Part shown: piece after piece, positions 49,052 through 61,629 of the stretch
Layout: the number at the start of each line of letters is the position of its first letter
Numbering within the stretch: the first letter of the stretch is position 1
Assembly: GCA_964199315.1 (NCBI GenBank)
Contig: OZ116707.1
Span: forward strand, 5,456,001-5,520,000
Direction: 5' to 3'
DNA length: 64,000 nucleotides
From: Orbicella franksi
Taxonomy: Eukaryota
Position numbers and translations under genes: made by a program
The notes under the pieces: model-generated
The model's database searches: none
What the model saw: the letters and a program-made list of their open reading frames with translations, nothing else
What the model was told of the DNA's origin: nothing

Positions 49052-50806
49052 GTTTACTTTAAATTATATTCAGTTATTATTGTAACGGGAATAACAAATA
49101 AACAGCACGCAATGCATGCAGAAGCGATAACGTAAAATTATTCCTAGAAGATTGGAACATAGGCAGACAAACTGATTCTTAAACTAAACTGTAGAACTTT
49201 TGTGTTAGAAATTTTAGGGGTTCACATTTAGGGTAGTTCATTTGTAGTTCATTCAAGTAGTTCATGTACCAGGTCCATGGTGTTAGTCCATGTGCTATGG
49301 GTCAGTGAAATGTACCAACCCAAAAGAAAGATTAATCACTAAATTTTGCAATACATAATAAAGGAATTTCTGTTAGTGTATTTTTCAAATTTCTTACACT
49401 TACTTTTATTTTTGTTTCAGCGAGGATGTTCATCAGGATCTTTTCAGGAAAGCTGAGGATGTTTAGGGTTGTTACTGTGATTTCGAGATTGATATTTTCG
49501 AAACTATTTTAGTGCTATGTTATAAATTTTCAAAACAACATTTTGCAATGTATGAATCAAAATTTTGTAAACCATTTTGAAATATCACTTTGTACGTAGT
49601 AAACATTCAAATAGAAACGAAACAGTGAAGCAGTTGTAACTGATTATTATTTGTCATTAAAGGTAACTTTAAGATATCGGTTTTGTATTGAATTGCTGAT
49701 ATAAAATTAGAGCTGTTGTTTTTTTGTTTTGCTTTGTAACAAATTACTTAAGGCCGGTGCTTAGGTAATGTGCACACATTGTGTGCATAATGCAAGGCAT
49801 AGATCAAGTAAAGCCTGTCCAATTGTTCTACATCATGCAGTTGACACTCAACGATCTCAACGCACACCACGTGCCAGCTACTTGGGTTCGTTACAAGAAT
49901 ACTATTCTAAGCTGGTTGTACTTTCAAGCAAGGTAAGAATTACAAAAGTTGTCATCACATAATGAGCATTGATATAAAAGTGCGTGGAGAATTGCAAACG
50001 GTTTAATAGTCTGTATCGTGGGCCAAAATGAAGCTACAGTACAAAGATACAAACCTTAGAAAGTAGTGTTGTTGGACTTAATTCATTCCTGTAGTATTGG
50101 AATTTAAGAACTATTTTATTTTAACAAATAAATCGTCTATTTTGTTTATTGAAAGCTTTTTCTTTAAATCAAAACCAAAACCAAGACCTCTTAAACAAAG
50201 AACCTAATACCTTTACACTCACAACATTACTTTCTGTCAAGTTCAAGAGCTTTATTGCTCATGTCAGGATGGAGGTTTAAGAAGGTAGAACCATGATGAT
50301 ATAAGAAAATTGAAATTGCAGGGGATGAAGTTGGAGCAGAAATCAATTAAGGGAAGGCCATGATTCTGTTGTTGAGGGTAACCCACATAAAATTTCAATA
50401 ATGAAATGAGCTACTCAGCTTTACAAAACACATATTCCTTATCTGATGAGTAGATACATACGGGAAAATTTCTTACTATAAGAATGGCCGGTGAGGTTAG
50501 GGGCATTAGAGCAGAGAGTAAGGTCAGAATAGCACTTGCCTTGTAAAAAGAAATCATTGCAAGGGGGTACTTAAAAAATGTAGCTATAGAAACCCTTAAA
50601 TTATTTAATAGTTACTACCGAAACAGGTAGACCGCGAATTAAAAGATACGCGTGACAGTTGATTTTGGCGCTAAATGTCAACGACTTAGGTCACGTGGCT
50701 TTGTTTTTCAAACCAAAAACATGAACTCACGTGACCACATTCCAGAACTCTACGATTATTCGCAATAGTTGCCCTTTTTGCTTTTCCTCCTTCTCTGGTC
50801 ACAAGT

Positions 50807-52206
50807 ATGTTGCAGCTAAAAGTTTTTTATAGCATCCCAGAAGGAGTCGACAGGTGTGAAGTCATCTTCACCGAAAGTATAAGACAGAATTTTGAAGATC
50901 TCATGCAAGTAATTAGAGGTAAAATTGAGAGTTTACAGTTTATACCTGACACGGAACTATGAGTACTGTACACGGATGATGAGAACACGTTGGTAACCAT
51001 ACGCGCGAACGACTCCTTCCACGATGCTTGGCGTTGTGCTTCCAAAGTGCAAGGAACGACATTTCGCCGTTTAAAGATAAAAATCATGTGGCAACCTAAA
51101 TCAACACCCGAGTTAATTTCTGCGAAGCGTCAGCAGATGAGAGAGGGAAGCGAAACAGACAGAGATTTGAAGAGAAAACTCAAATCTCCACCTCGAAAAC
51201 AACAGCACGGAGTTAGTACAGGCGATTTGCCCGAAAACAATGTGCTAAATCGTGGGCCACGATCAAATCATTATATGTCCCCCTTGGATCTCCTCATATC
51301 AGATAAACAAGAAGAAGTAAAAAAAGAGAGGAAAAAGGTGGCGGAAAAAGAAGAGGAAGTACAGCGATTGATGGCTAGATACGGCAAACTTGCAGGGATA
51401 GATTATTCGAAACCTTCTTGTACCAATGTCATCGGCGTGAAAGGCACAATCGTGTCAACTGCCCGTACAAAGCTCACCCTTGCCAATCAGCAGAATTTTG
51501 TGGTGACTTAAGCAAACACAAAGATGAAAAAGATGTTGTTTCTCACGCAGTTAACGAACTGAACAATGCAAAGAAAGGTCTTGAGAAACTGCAAAACACT
51601 TTGTCAATGAAGATAGCACTAAAGAATCAAACATCAAACTCATTCTCAAGTCTTATGCGATCGCGATTGATTAACGAGTGCAAGCCATGCTACCTAAATA
51701 CTCAAGGGTTTGAAAACTGGCGTCAGGTTAACATGGATTTAAAGAAACTTGAATCCCATTTTAAAGGAAAAATTCCCCCAGTTGGGGTCAGCTTACTTGA
51801 GGCACTGACGGAATATGACAAGAAGATAGTGCTAGAAAGCTACCAAGTGCCACACCAAGGAAATCCCGTGCGAACTTTATGGGAATTAAAAGGCATTAAA
51901 TGGCCTTCAGAAACCCCTGAACCTCTGCAATATAAACCCGTAGACTCGCCGCTTAGCTTTACTTTTAGCAAATCTTATTCAACTGGTACAGAACTCCAAC
52001 CATTAACAGTCGAAGACGAAGAGGAACAACTGGCCACTGCACTGAAGGAAAGCAACTTGTACTTGCATGGTACGCAAACTAAACCCAGCGCGACTATCAC
52101 CCGATCGACACTTTCCACGAGTGAAGGAAATGATGACAATGAGCAAACTGAACTTAACGACGCTGCAAATGCTCTACTAAATTTGTCCGAACTAAGCTTA
52201 AATTAA
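50807..52206 (+). pseudogene. ORF2: PB1-like domain + Cys/His zinc cluster + coiled coil (homolog of 26603-27602)
   Basis: ATG at 50807: MLQLKVFY...L*VLYTDDENTLVTI (TGA at 50960, likely CGA); 1-nt shift ~51420; C.NCHRRERHNRVNC...PC...FC...KH; SFSSLMRSRL...NWRQVNMDL. Confidence 0.72.
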
Positions 52207-52763
52207 ATAGTCTTCGTTTCAAAATACAGTGCGATTCAGCAGGAGACAAACTGTCTGGCTGTCAATTACCTGCTTGAACCATGTTGTGCTTTTAAAGAGT
52301 ACATATTTTACTGCTCTTGAAATTTTTAAGTTAATGTGTTTAAAATTCCGATACTAAGAAAGATAAACATTTTTCCTTGGAAAAGAGTAATTTCATGTTG
52401 TATTTTTCTGTCTATAAGGTCTACAGTCGACAAAGATAATGAAATACTGAAAGTAAACAAACATGCACCTGCTGCCACTTCAGCGATTCTCAGTTACAAA
52501 TGGACTAGAACAAAACATTGAAAGTTTTAATATTGTTCAAGAAACGTAAATTGTAACTTACATTAACCATTGTTGAAGTTCTACAGTTTTGTACAAATGT
52601 TACTTTACACGACATGCTTGCTGCAATAATAGTAAATGTAAACTGAAACTTTCATCAGACAAATGAATAAAAACTTGTGTTGTTTTTATATCAGATCAAC
52701 AGGTTCTTTAGTTAACAAGGTAATTCGATTCAGTACACAGCAAATAAAATTTAACTGACATAG

Positions 52764-53831
52764 CTACAAGATAAAGCTATAAAAACCAAACATGTCCTCA
52801 GTAGTTATGAGTTCCAACGCCTCAAAGATTGCAACATGAACGTTTTCACGCAATAGGCATCCAAATTCCTCCTTCTTTAAAACAGTTTTCAATTTATTGA
52901 AAACGAATTCTGGGACGTTGAATTCTGGTGAAAGGGATGGAGTGTAAATGATTTGTGCTCCCATGTGCAATAGCCATCTTTGCAAAATGTCCCCAGTCTC
53001 GAAACGATGTGTGGCGCAATTGTCAAGAATGATATAATCACCAAATTCAATTGCTGGATTACCGAGTGCAGTTCTGGCTTGGCCAGCTTCAGCGAAGAAA
53101 TTGAGAAAATTTGTAGAATCCGACGCGCCCTCCACAGTGTTTGCATACAGTACTCCTTCCAGTCCACACAATAAGCTAAGCGTTACATTTGCTCCTTTTT
53201 TATTTCCTGAAATTATTTCAACCGCTATTTCCCCTTTGAGAGAATTTCCATAAGTGGGGTTTCCTGTCCCACTATGAACGCCAGCCTCATTGAAAAATTT
53301 AAGTTTTTCTGGTGGCAAAGCACTCAAAGTATTTAGAAACTGTTGACAGTAAACTGTGTTCACAGGGGTAAATTTTTCCGCGGATGTCTTCGTCAGTCGT
53401 TTTCTAGTGTAAGGTCCTTCTGGCAGCTTATTCCTGATAACATTTCCGATCGCTGTCAAGGACGTTCTGCCGTCTAAAGTACTGTAGTTTTCAAGAACAT
53501 CTTTAACTGATTTATAGGGAAGGGAAGGCTTCTCCTGTTTGAGAAATTCCATCAGTTCTATGTCCTCAGGCTTGAGGTGTGATGGATTACCTGATAGTTT
53601 CTTCGAAGGCAAATGGTCACCCGTAGCGCACAAATTTTGCCATAACTTTGAAACAAATTGAGTTGACACTCTGAAGCGGTTAGCAACATCAGAAAACTTT
53701 CCTGGAAAGAACCCTGAGGCTGGATCTCCACCTTCCGCCATAATGGAGTCGATAACACTTCCTCTCAAACTTTCATTGATTGATTTTCCTCGGTAGTAAC
53801 TTCGCCCTTTGCTGTTTACGGAGAATGCCAT
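52764..53831 (-). CDS. IS630/Tc1-type transposase (D37E spacing), full-length ORF, first catalytic Asp replaced by Asn
   Basis: 355-aa ORF with HTH N-terminus; KFFNEAG (N for D), IILDNCATH, TPSLSPEFNVPE; 37 residues between the second D and E by my count. Confidence 0.9.
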   Translation of the reverse strand: MAFSVNSKGRSYYRGKSINESLRGSVIDSIMAEGGDPASGFFPGKFSDVANRFRVSTQFVSKLWQNLCATGDHLPSKKLSGNPSHLKPEDIELMEFLKQEKPSLPYKSVKDVLENYSTLDGRTSLTAIGNVIRNKLPEGPYTRKRLTKTSAEKFTPVNTVYCQQFLNTLSALPPEKLKFFNEAGVHSGTGNPTYGNSLKGEIAVEIISGNKKGANVTLSLLCGLEGVLYANTVEGASDSTNFLNFFAEAGQARTALGNPAIEFGDYIILDNCATHRFETGDILQRWLLHMGAQIIYTPSLSPEFNVPEFVFNKLKTVLKKEEFGCLLRENVHVAIFEALELITTEDMFGFYSFIL

Positions 53832-56800
53832 TCTTTGACTCGCTCTATCGCACTCTTAGGAATGTGACCACGTGAGTTCATGTTTTTGGTTTGAAAAACA
53901 AAGCCATGTGACCTAAGTCGTTGACGTTTAGTGCCAAAATCAACTGTCACACATATCTTTCAATTCGCGGTCTACCTGTTTCGGTAGTATACTTGAAAAT
54001 TGACAATTCGGGTTCTTAAAAACCTGGAACACATAGTATCTGGCAGTCATGTAAGCACTCCTTGCCAAGTTTGGAACTCCATTATTCATCGAGCGGAATC
54101 CGGTAATGACACAAAAAACTTTTGGCCACCTGTGGATGCATTAAAGCTCATCGCATGGATGTCTCAATGCATGACAGCAAAATAACCAACCCTGATATCA
54201 TCTCCAAAGGTTTACAATTGCTACCTCACATATCACACTACTAAAAGACAGACAGGTAGGCTTGAACCAAGACAATAAATGCACTTAACTATGAGAAATG
54301 TAAGGCACATTATTTATATACAGCTTAGTTCAATTTCAGTCCCATAAAGGGACTACAATAGGAGTAAGCGTACATGTATTCCACGAGGATGAGATACTAG
54401 TGCATGTAGAGGTCATTCCCAGCATCACCTTTGCATGTAACCAATTGACACACAGGGGTGGAGAGTGGCATTGTGAAAATAAAGTAGAGACTGTTGTTGA
54501 AGAAACAAAAACACTGTGCCAATGTGGTTACAGTGAATGTTGTTCTGTTTAATTAAAGGGAAATGATATATTGGCATTTAAAACTGGTTTCAAAGTTCCC
54601 TTTGAGACAAAGCAGCACATAAATAATTGACATGCTTTAGGCAGAGAAGTGAAATATCAAGAAGTACACTAATGAAGGTATTTACCTTGTTCATCCAAGT
54701 TTTTACTCTAACAGGGCATGAAGAGAACCTTACAGGATCGTGACTTGAAGAGGCTGACTTGACATTTAGCAACTATGACATAAATTCAGGGTACAGATTT
54801 CACCTTCTCTTTTTAGCATGGGTTACAAGTGTGATTGAGATTGAATTTCTAATTTTGTCTGGAAGAATTGAAATACGGAATATATTTAACATTTTACAAG
54901 GACTATAGTTTATTAAAACCCAGCACCCTAGGCACTACCTAACTAAGCAATAACACTGAATGAAAATTGCTCAATCTATCTTTTTGGAAAAAGCCTGTCG
55001 AAGTGCACTATCATTGCTATATTGAATAAGTAATCCATTTTATGAAAAACTTATAAGTTCTTCCTCCATGACAAAGTCACAAAATCAAAACTCTAAGGGC
55101 CCCTTTAAGAGATCATAGTACTGTAGGATTAAGCTGGAACAAAGTAAATCTTAGGCCTGCACTATCAGTTTGATTTTTTTGCATCAAATGAATGCTATTG
55201 TTTATATAATACAATACAAATCATATTGGAAAGGGGGAACACAATATTCATACAACACATTACTTTAGCTTGAAACAAAAGACATTTTATGCCAAGTTAA
55301 TTCTAAATATAAGCAGATGGTCAATTTAATTCAGCATCCAGTTACCACCTGTACACTTTTTTCAGTAACTCCACTGATACGAACATAACCTAAAATTTTA
55401 GCCTTTGTAGGATCTTATGTGCAGGGGTCTTAAACCAAGGATATTATGTGCAAATCAATCTCTGTTATGGATGCACTGTGCGTTTGCAAGTTATTGAAAT
55501 CATCGCAATTATACAACAGGTCTAATCTCAGAGAGAGCAAGGAATTTTTACCAATGAAATAAACCATGTGTACATTCGCAATTGGTCATAACTGACCTCT
55601 GGAAAGATGTAGCAAAAACAGCATTTTAGCAGCTGAACCAAGACAGTTGAGCCAAGATAGAAATCTTTTCCTCAACAATGTATAAGTTATGAATGTTCTA
55701 CAACATGCTTGTTGTTGAAGGCCTCCCCACATTGAAATAGCTTTTGGTATTTTACTAATCTGCTGAGAAAATTCAAAACTTAGTAAATCCAAGCTTACCA
55801 AACGTAGGAAAGAGGTAGTTTATCGCTTGTAGGATTATTCGATCTGCCTTCACGTCGATTCACAGATAGTCACGCTTTATACTAGTCTTTCTCTTTAGCG
55901 TGTTTGGGTGAAAAAGAGGTGTCAAGAATTTGGAACTAAAATTTTACATTTTATTTAGATTTCAGGATTGGCGAGAAATCTCAGATTGTAAAACTGAATT
56001 CACCTGTAGGCTAAAGGATGGGTTTTCGAAATGGCCATTAGCTTAATAATAACAACAACCGAAGCAGTTCCATTATTATTTTGCACTCACCTGTGCTAAA
56101 TTTTAGAAGTTCACCCAATTTCCTCTGCAATTCTGCATTCAATTTTTGTGCACGGCCAAGGACAGAAGCACAGATTCTCAAGAAGGCAAAAAGTCAACAC
56201 AGAGAACAAGTTTTAGCAACACGGTTCATCAATAGTTGCTTGATAGCAGACTCATTAGTGCAGACTACAACTACCTCACAAAGGGTCACTGCAAAATGGC
56301 AGTACAGAAGCCTCCACCCAATGTGGGAAATGGGGAAGCATTAAGAACCTGGCCCAATAAGCATCTTTAACTTGAATTCAACAGTTGGTACTCTTTGAAA
56401 AATGAATTAAAATGTATTCAATTGCTGTATAGTATGTTCGGCTTGTGAATATGAGCTGTCAATTAAAACCAGCCCCCCCCCCCCTCATCTTCCTTTTACG
56501 GATGGCGATTATGTAACGTGAGGTATACAGCCAAATTGTCAAGACATTTGTCGTGCCGTTGGTGTTTGTAAACAAGGCAAGTTACAGTAAATTCCAGGAG
56601 AGGTAAGTATTGCTCATGAATTAGTTATTACTAGAAAACACAGGATTGTCTGATCGTAGAAGCACGATTGTTAAAACTGTTTCTTTCACAATAGTACAAT
56701 AATCCCACAAATGAAACCATTTCAACTGTGAATCTGTTTTATTTTATCAACAGCACAGCGAAAGTGATACATATGTAAGCATGAATTTGTTCACATGTGA

Positions 56801-58098
56801 AATAAATCAACATCTAAGCTTTCGCACCCGTTTACTAGTGATTGATTGCGATAACAATGGAAAGATTGTGCTTTTCAACAATTCTTTCATTGAAACAAGC
56901 TTATCAAGGGCTATTTTTATTTGTAAAGTTATGGTACCACATGACACTCAGACCATTCAAGTGCTACAGCAAATTTTAGTTAGTGAACTTATGTAGCTTA
57001 AAAAGGTGTAACCAAATGTCGCTGTCCTTTTTTTTTGCCAGAGAAGTAATATATTGCTATCGCTGGTTTTCGTTGTAGTGTGCCTTGTCACTTTGCGCCC
57101 ATACTGATTCAAAAGGCCTCTGCATTGTCTCTATTTTCTTTGCTTTGTCCCACGTGCACTGCCGTATGATCTGTTTGCCAGAATTGGGAAGAACCAAACC
57201 AGCAAATGATACCAATACCATTTCCCTTTACCTACAATGCAATAATTCTTCATCTTTCACATAGTAATTAAAGAAAAAGTAATGTTCCATTAAAAGTGAA
57301 AATAGAGAATAGCTGAACAAGCGTTTTCTTTGGACAACAGTGAAATTTGACTCTCAACACAAGTGCCCAGCAAATAGGACTAATATTTTTTAGCGCAAAT
57401 AGAAACAGCCTCGATTGTAAAATAGCTTGACAAGAATGAACAGAATCTACTGTTCTAAATATTTCGATAAGACTAAAACACATAGGTTACAAAACAATAA
57501 CTTGTAATGCACTAAAAAGTGAATTGTGTTAAAGGCATTATAATTATCTCACAAATCCAAACAGAGAGTGGTAAGTCTAGAAATTCGGATTTCTTGTAAC
57601 ACTTTCTCCATTGAAAGAGCTCCCTACGAGACCATACTTTGAAATGAAATTACTGATTGTTTCACACGAGGTAAATGCGAATTAATTTAATGTTACATCA
57701 ATTACTTCTTCAAAAGAAATAACTCTTGAGTTTATAACAAATCCTGCTTTCTATTCCTTGTTTTCCTTTTTTCTCCCCTTTGAAATTCTTGTTCATAACC
57801 AAAATATTAAAACAAAATATACCATAATTTCCGGCAGATTACCCGCACCGGTCGTTTTTTGCCAAAATGAGAGAAAAGATTCAGCAGATTACCCACACTG
57901 GCAGATAACCCGCACCAAAAAACAAAAGAAAGTTATGCTAAAGCGTTCGTTGTTGGAGCAATCAATCGTTGAGCGCCATTTTTGTAAGGTTGAGAGAAAG
58001 CTGGGACGAGTGTAAAAGATCCTTATGGGGTAGGGGTGAGGGGCAGCCAAAAAGTACCCGCGAAACAGCAAAACTGCAATTTAGAACTTATAACAATA

Positions 58099-58229
58099 CC
58101 TTTAATGTGCTAAGTAAAAACGATCTTCAAAACTCTTTTAAAACACTAGAAATAACAAACAGTTCTTAATGTGCTAAGTAAAAACGATCTTCAAAACTAT
58201 TTTAAAACACTAGAAATAACAAACAGTTC
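58099..58229. repeat. Tandem duplication of ~61 bp in the pogo 3' UTR
   Basis: AATGTGCTAAGTAAAAACGATCTTCAAAACT(C/A)TTTTAAAACACTAGAAATAACAAACAGTTC occurs twice in tandem. Confidence 0.9.
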
Positions 58230-58326
58230 ATTCACTTCTAAAATGTTCGAAAAATACCTGAAACATGCATTCCTTCACTAAAACCTAAATGATCCCAGGC
58301 TAGTGGTCAGTTTGATCAAGTTCAGT

Positions 58327-59622
58327 TTAAACTCCATTAAAGTCCTCATCTTCCGTGTCACTATTAAACAAGTCAATTAAATGGGCATCCATAACACCAT
58401 CCAGAGCGGTCGCGGATTCCATTTCATCATAGTCACTGATGTCCGACTCATCGCTCGCTCTATCCTCGGCACAACCCGTAATGCCTGCCTTCCTGAAACC
58501 ATTTGTGATTGACGTTGTTTTCACTGCCCTCCATGCTCGAATAACCCAATCGCAGACTTCCACATGTGTTGCCCTCCTCATTTTCCCGGTTGCGGTGAAG
58601 GTGTGTAGGCCCTCCAACATCCACTTTTCCCACTCGACACGGATATGGTTTTTAAATGAGCGATTCACAGAAATGTCTAATGGCTGCAATTTCTTAGTAA
58701 GACAGCCAGGAATCACTGCAGTGGTTGTTTTGTGCTCGTTTTTGAAAGTGTTCCGAACATCTTCATCGATGTGCGCGCTGAAACTGTCGAAGATCAGAAG
58801 CGATGTTCTGTCGAAGAAAGACACAGGTCTTGTTCGCCAAACTTTCTCGCCCCAAACAGCCATTCCGTCGCGATCCATCCATCCTTTGCGGTGGCAGTGG
58901 ACAACCACACCATCTGGGAGCTTTTCTTTTGGCATTGTTTTGCGTTTAAAAATGACCATTGGTTTGAGCTTTTTCCCTGACTCCGAGCACGCAAGTACAA
59001 CAGTGAAGCCAGTTTTCTCGTGTCCGGTGGTTGAAACAGGAACGCTTTCAGCACCGGTTGAATCAACAGTTCTGGAATGAGGAGCATCAAATGACATCGG
59101 AACTTCATCCATGTTGAAAACACGATCTGCTTGGATGCCAAGCTCCTCTTTTCTTCGCGAAACAAACTCGCGAAAGTTCACAACTTTCTCCTCCCAGTCA
59201 TCTGGCAGCTTCTGGCCAACAGTGGTTCTCGCACGCACAGATAGGCGATTTCGGCGCATGAATCTGCTACACCAGCTCGGACCAACAACAAATTCAGCGA
59301 CATTCATCTGTTTTGCCAACTCCTTCGCTTTGAAACAGATCATAACGGTGGTGACTGCATGGCTCTTTTCTCTTTGGCTGATGACCCACTCTTTCAAAGT
59401 TCTCTCCAATGCAGGAAACTTCGCTTTACCAGTATGGCAGGTGCGTTGACGCTTTGGCATTTTCGTCATTACAGCCTTCTTCTTTCGCCAGTAACGGATC
59501 ATGGATTCGTCGATCTCAAACTCTCGTGCTGCTGCTCTGTTACCGATTTCATCTGCCCGAGCGATAACTCTCAGCTTGTACTCAAATGTGAAACTTTGTC
59601 GAGGGCGTTTCAAACCAGGCAT
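58327..59622 (-). CDS. pogo/POGK-like transposase (Brinker-type HTH + CENP-B HTH + DDE_1), apparently intact
   Basis: 431-aa ORF: RQSFTFEYKLRVI..A...GNRAAAREF.IDESMIRYW; WCSRFMRR; NMDEVP, IFDSFSAH, LQPLDISVN (36 residues between the last two Asp by my count); acidic tail. Confidence 0.93.
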   Translation of the reverse strand: MPGLKRPRQSFTFEYKLRVIARADEIGNRAAAREFEIDESMIRYWRKKKAVMTKMPKRQRTCHTGKAKFPALERTLKEWVISQREKSHAVTTVMICFKAKELAKQMNVAEFVVGPSWCSRFMRRNRLSVRARTTVGQKLPDDWEEKVVNFREFVSRRKEELGIQADRVFNMDEVPMSFDAPHSRTVDSTGAESVPVSTTGHEKTGFTVVLACSESGKKLKPMVIFKRKTMPKEKLPDGVVVHCHRKGWMDRDGMAVWGEKVWRTRPVSFFDRTSLLIFDSFSAHIDEDVRNTFKNEHKTTTAVIPGCLTKKLQPLDISVNRSFKNHIRVEWEKWMLEGLHTFTATGKMRRATHVEVCDWVIRAWRAVKTTSITNGFRKAGITGCAEDRASDESDISDYDEMESATALDGVMDAHLIDLFNSDTEDEDFNGV

Positions 59623-61629
59623 TTTTAAATTGAACTCGTATTAAACTCGTAACTTACTCGTGGATGCACTTATCGTAAATGATTGATGTTTGAAAAACTT
59701 ATTGAGTTAGTTAGCCTTTTATAACGATTTTGCATCGAAGAAAATTTTATTCATTGTTTTTGTTAACAAAGCAATTTCCAGCATGCAATTAGTAAATTTT
59801 CACACCCATTGTTTTCGATATTCATTGAGAGTTGAACTGACTTGTAAAATTCGGCTCGCAATTTTCTCAAAAAACAATATCTCGGGATCTACTTGGTCTT
59901 AGAAATCGCTTGAAACAGGAAAATACTTTTTAAATCAAGGCAGTACTAACTGTAAATTTTCCACTGATGCGTCGAGTATTTTTGTATTATTTCTTCACTT
60001 GTCGGTGTTTTGTTTACACTCGTGCCGACAATTATGTTTTTTATCACGTTCCACTAATTATGCGGCGCCATGAATTTAACAGATCACCAAGATATTTATG
60101 GTATCTCAGGTTCTACTGGGTCTAAGAAATTGCTTGAAACGGGAAAATACTCTATAACTCAAGGCAGCACTAGCTAGGAATATTTCGCTGATGCGTTGAG
60201 TATTCTTGCATTTTTTTATCACAGTCAATGCTATTTTTTCACTGCATACGTGCCGACAAACGTTGGCATCATGTTTCAGTTGGACTTTGTGTTTTCCACA
60301 ATAAAAGACACGTTGAAAGGTTTAGGTGAGAATATTTCCAAGCAAAAAAAAACTAGCTGTGAAATTGACAAGGTAAGAAAACTATCAAAGCACAAACGCG
60401 TAGCGAAAAATTTGTTTGTATGGAATTTTTTTTGTATGATTTCATCCAACTTGCATCAGCTATAATCAATCAACATTTAAAAGAATTTTATAGCAAATAA
60501 AGCACGATACAAGAGTTGATAGGACGTGTTTCTCGTTTAAACAAATGAGGCATTACACAGGTTTGTGGCAAGTGTATATTTAATGACTCTTATCTTTGCT
60601 TTATCTTCTGTCAGTACTATAATAATTACTGTTAAATACTTACGGGAAGATTAAAAAATTATCAGATAACCCGCACCACCCTATTACCCACAGCAACGGT
60701 AGTTTACTGAAAAATTAACGCATTACCCGCAGGTAATCTGCCAGAAATTACAGTAATTAATTTTTCTCCTTTCTTACTTGCAGATGCCATTTTTGGCGGT
60801 CATACACCATAAAAGTGACTTGAACTTAGAGTGTCCAATTTAATAATTTTGTTCTTGATGTTTTTGGCCACATGTCGTAAATTAATCTGTTTTGTTTTCT
60901 TGGGCATTTACCATGCAAATATTTTGAAGAAATTGTGAAAGAAAAGATTGCAGCTATCAGCTTTTACCTTTTATATTGTTCTTTTGTCAAATACCGACTT
61001 TCCCACGGACATAAACTGAAAGTTTCTATTATTGACTGAGATGTCTGTAGTTATTGTTTTTATCTATTTCTTCGAAGTTGATGTATATTATAAGTGTAGT
61101 ATTTTTGTTGCACTTCAGAGCTATAAATCATTCAAAACCTATTTTTAAAGAAAATACAAAATGTATAGCATTTCTGGAAATGAAAGTCTTCTTGTTAGAC
61201 TCTTTAGTTGCTAAGTAACATGACAAATCTGCTCGCACCATTGCTTTCGGAGTAGTCGTGGGAGCTAGCTCTTGCTAGTTTTTTCTTGGCAACAATACAA
61301 GATTGCCAAGACCAGACCTCATTCTCCCGAGTCTTCCCCCAATTGCCCTCCAACGGTCTGAATGCCTAATAATCTGGCTGGTGTTCCTTTGAAGTGAGGG
61401 ACTGATGTGAGTTTTTTGCCATTCATCAGACGGGAGGTGGCAGTAACAAGAAATTTGCAAGCGGTAAGTAACATACATTTTCAGATTTCATTCATGTGAC
61501 AAGAAATTCATCAAGGTAAATGTGAAACCCACGTTTTACTGTTTACTTCTATAAGTTATGGGCATAAATACATGTCTGATCAATCGATGCTTGTCTTCTG
61601 CTTCTGCAGTTATACGTTCATGGTTTATT

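Larger units (their letters stand above)
50615..53987. mobile_element. 3.4-kb two-gene IS630/Tc1/mariner element with ~128-bp TIRs
   Basis: TIR starting CTACCGAAACAGGTAGACCGCGAATT at 50615, ~128 bp and nearly perfect, with the rc copy at ~53860-53987. TA flanks at 50613-14 and 53988-89. Confidence 0.92.
57822..60753 (-). mobile_element. pogo-family DNA transposon, full length (2932 bp)
   Basis: Imperfect ~25-bp TIRs (CCATAATTTCCGGCAGATTACCCGC / CTGTAATTTCTGGCAGATTACCTGC). TA flanks at 57820-21 and 60754-55; subterminal CAGAT(T/A)ACCCGCACC repeats. Confidence 0.85.

Noticed and set aside
46708-49100. TSD for the L1/Tx1 fragment (similar AATTATATTCAGTT..GTAAC.GGAATAACAAA at ~46712 and ~49062)
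   Set aside because: Several mismatches, and the left copy is ~100 bp away from the LINE 5' end; more likely fragments of another repeat.
54000-56400. Possible decayed minus-strand exons (e.g. KCQVSLFKSRSCKVLF; YRIPLDE*WSSKLGKECL)
   Set aside because: Short, stop-riddled, no recognisable family and no consistent splice model.
58439-59628. ORFs 58439-59080, 58732-58980, 58794-59165, 59111-59449, 59359-59628
   Set aside because: Alternative-frame or antisense shadows of the pogo transposase.
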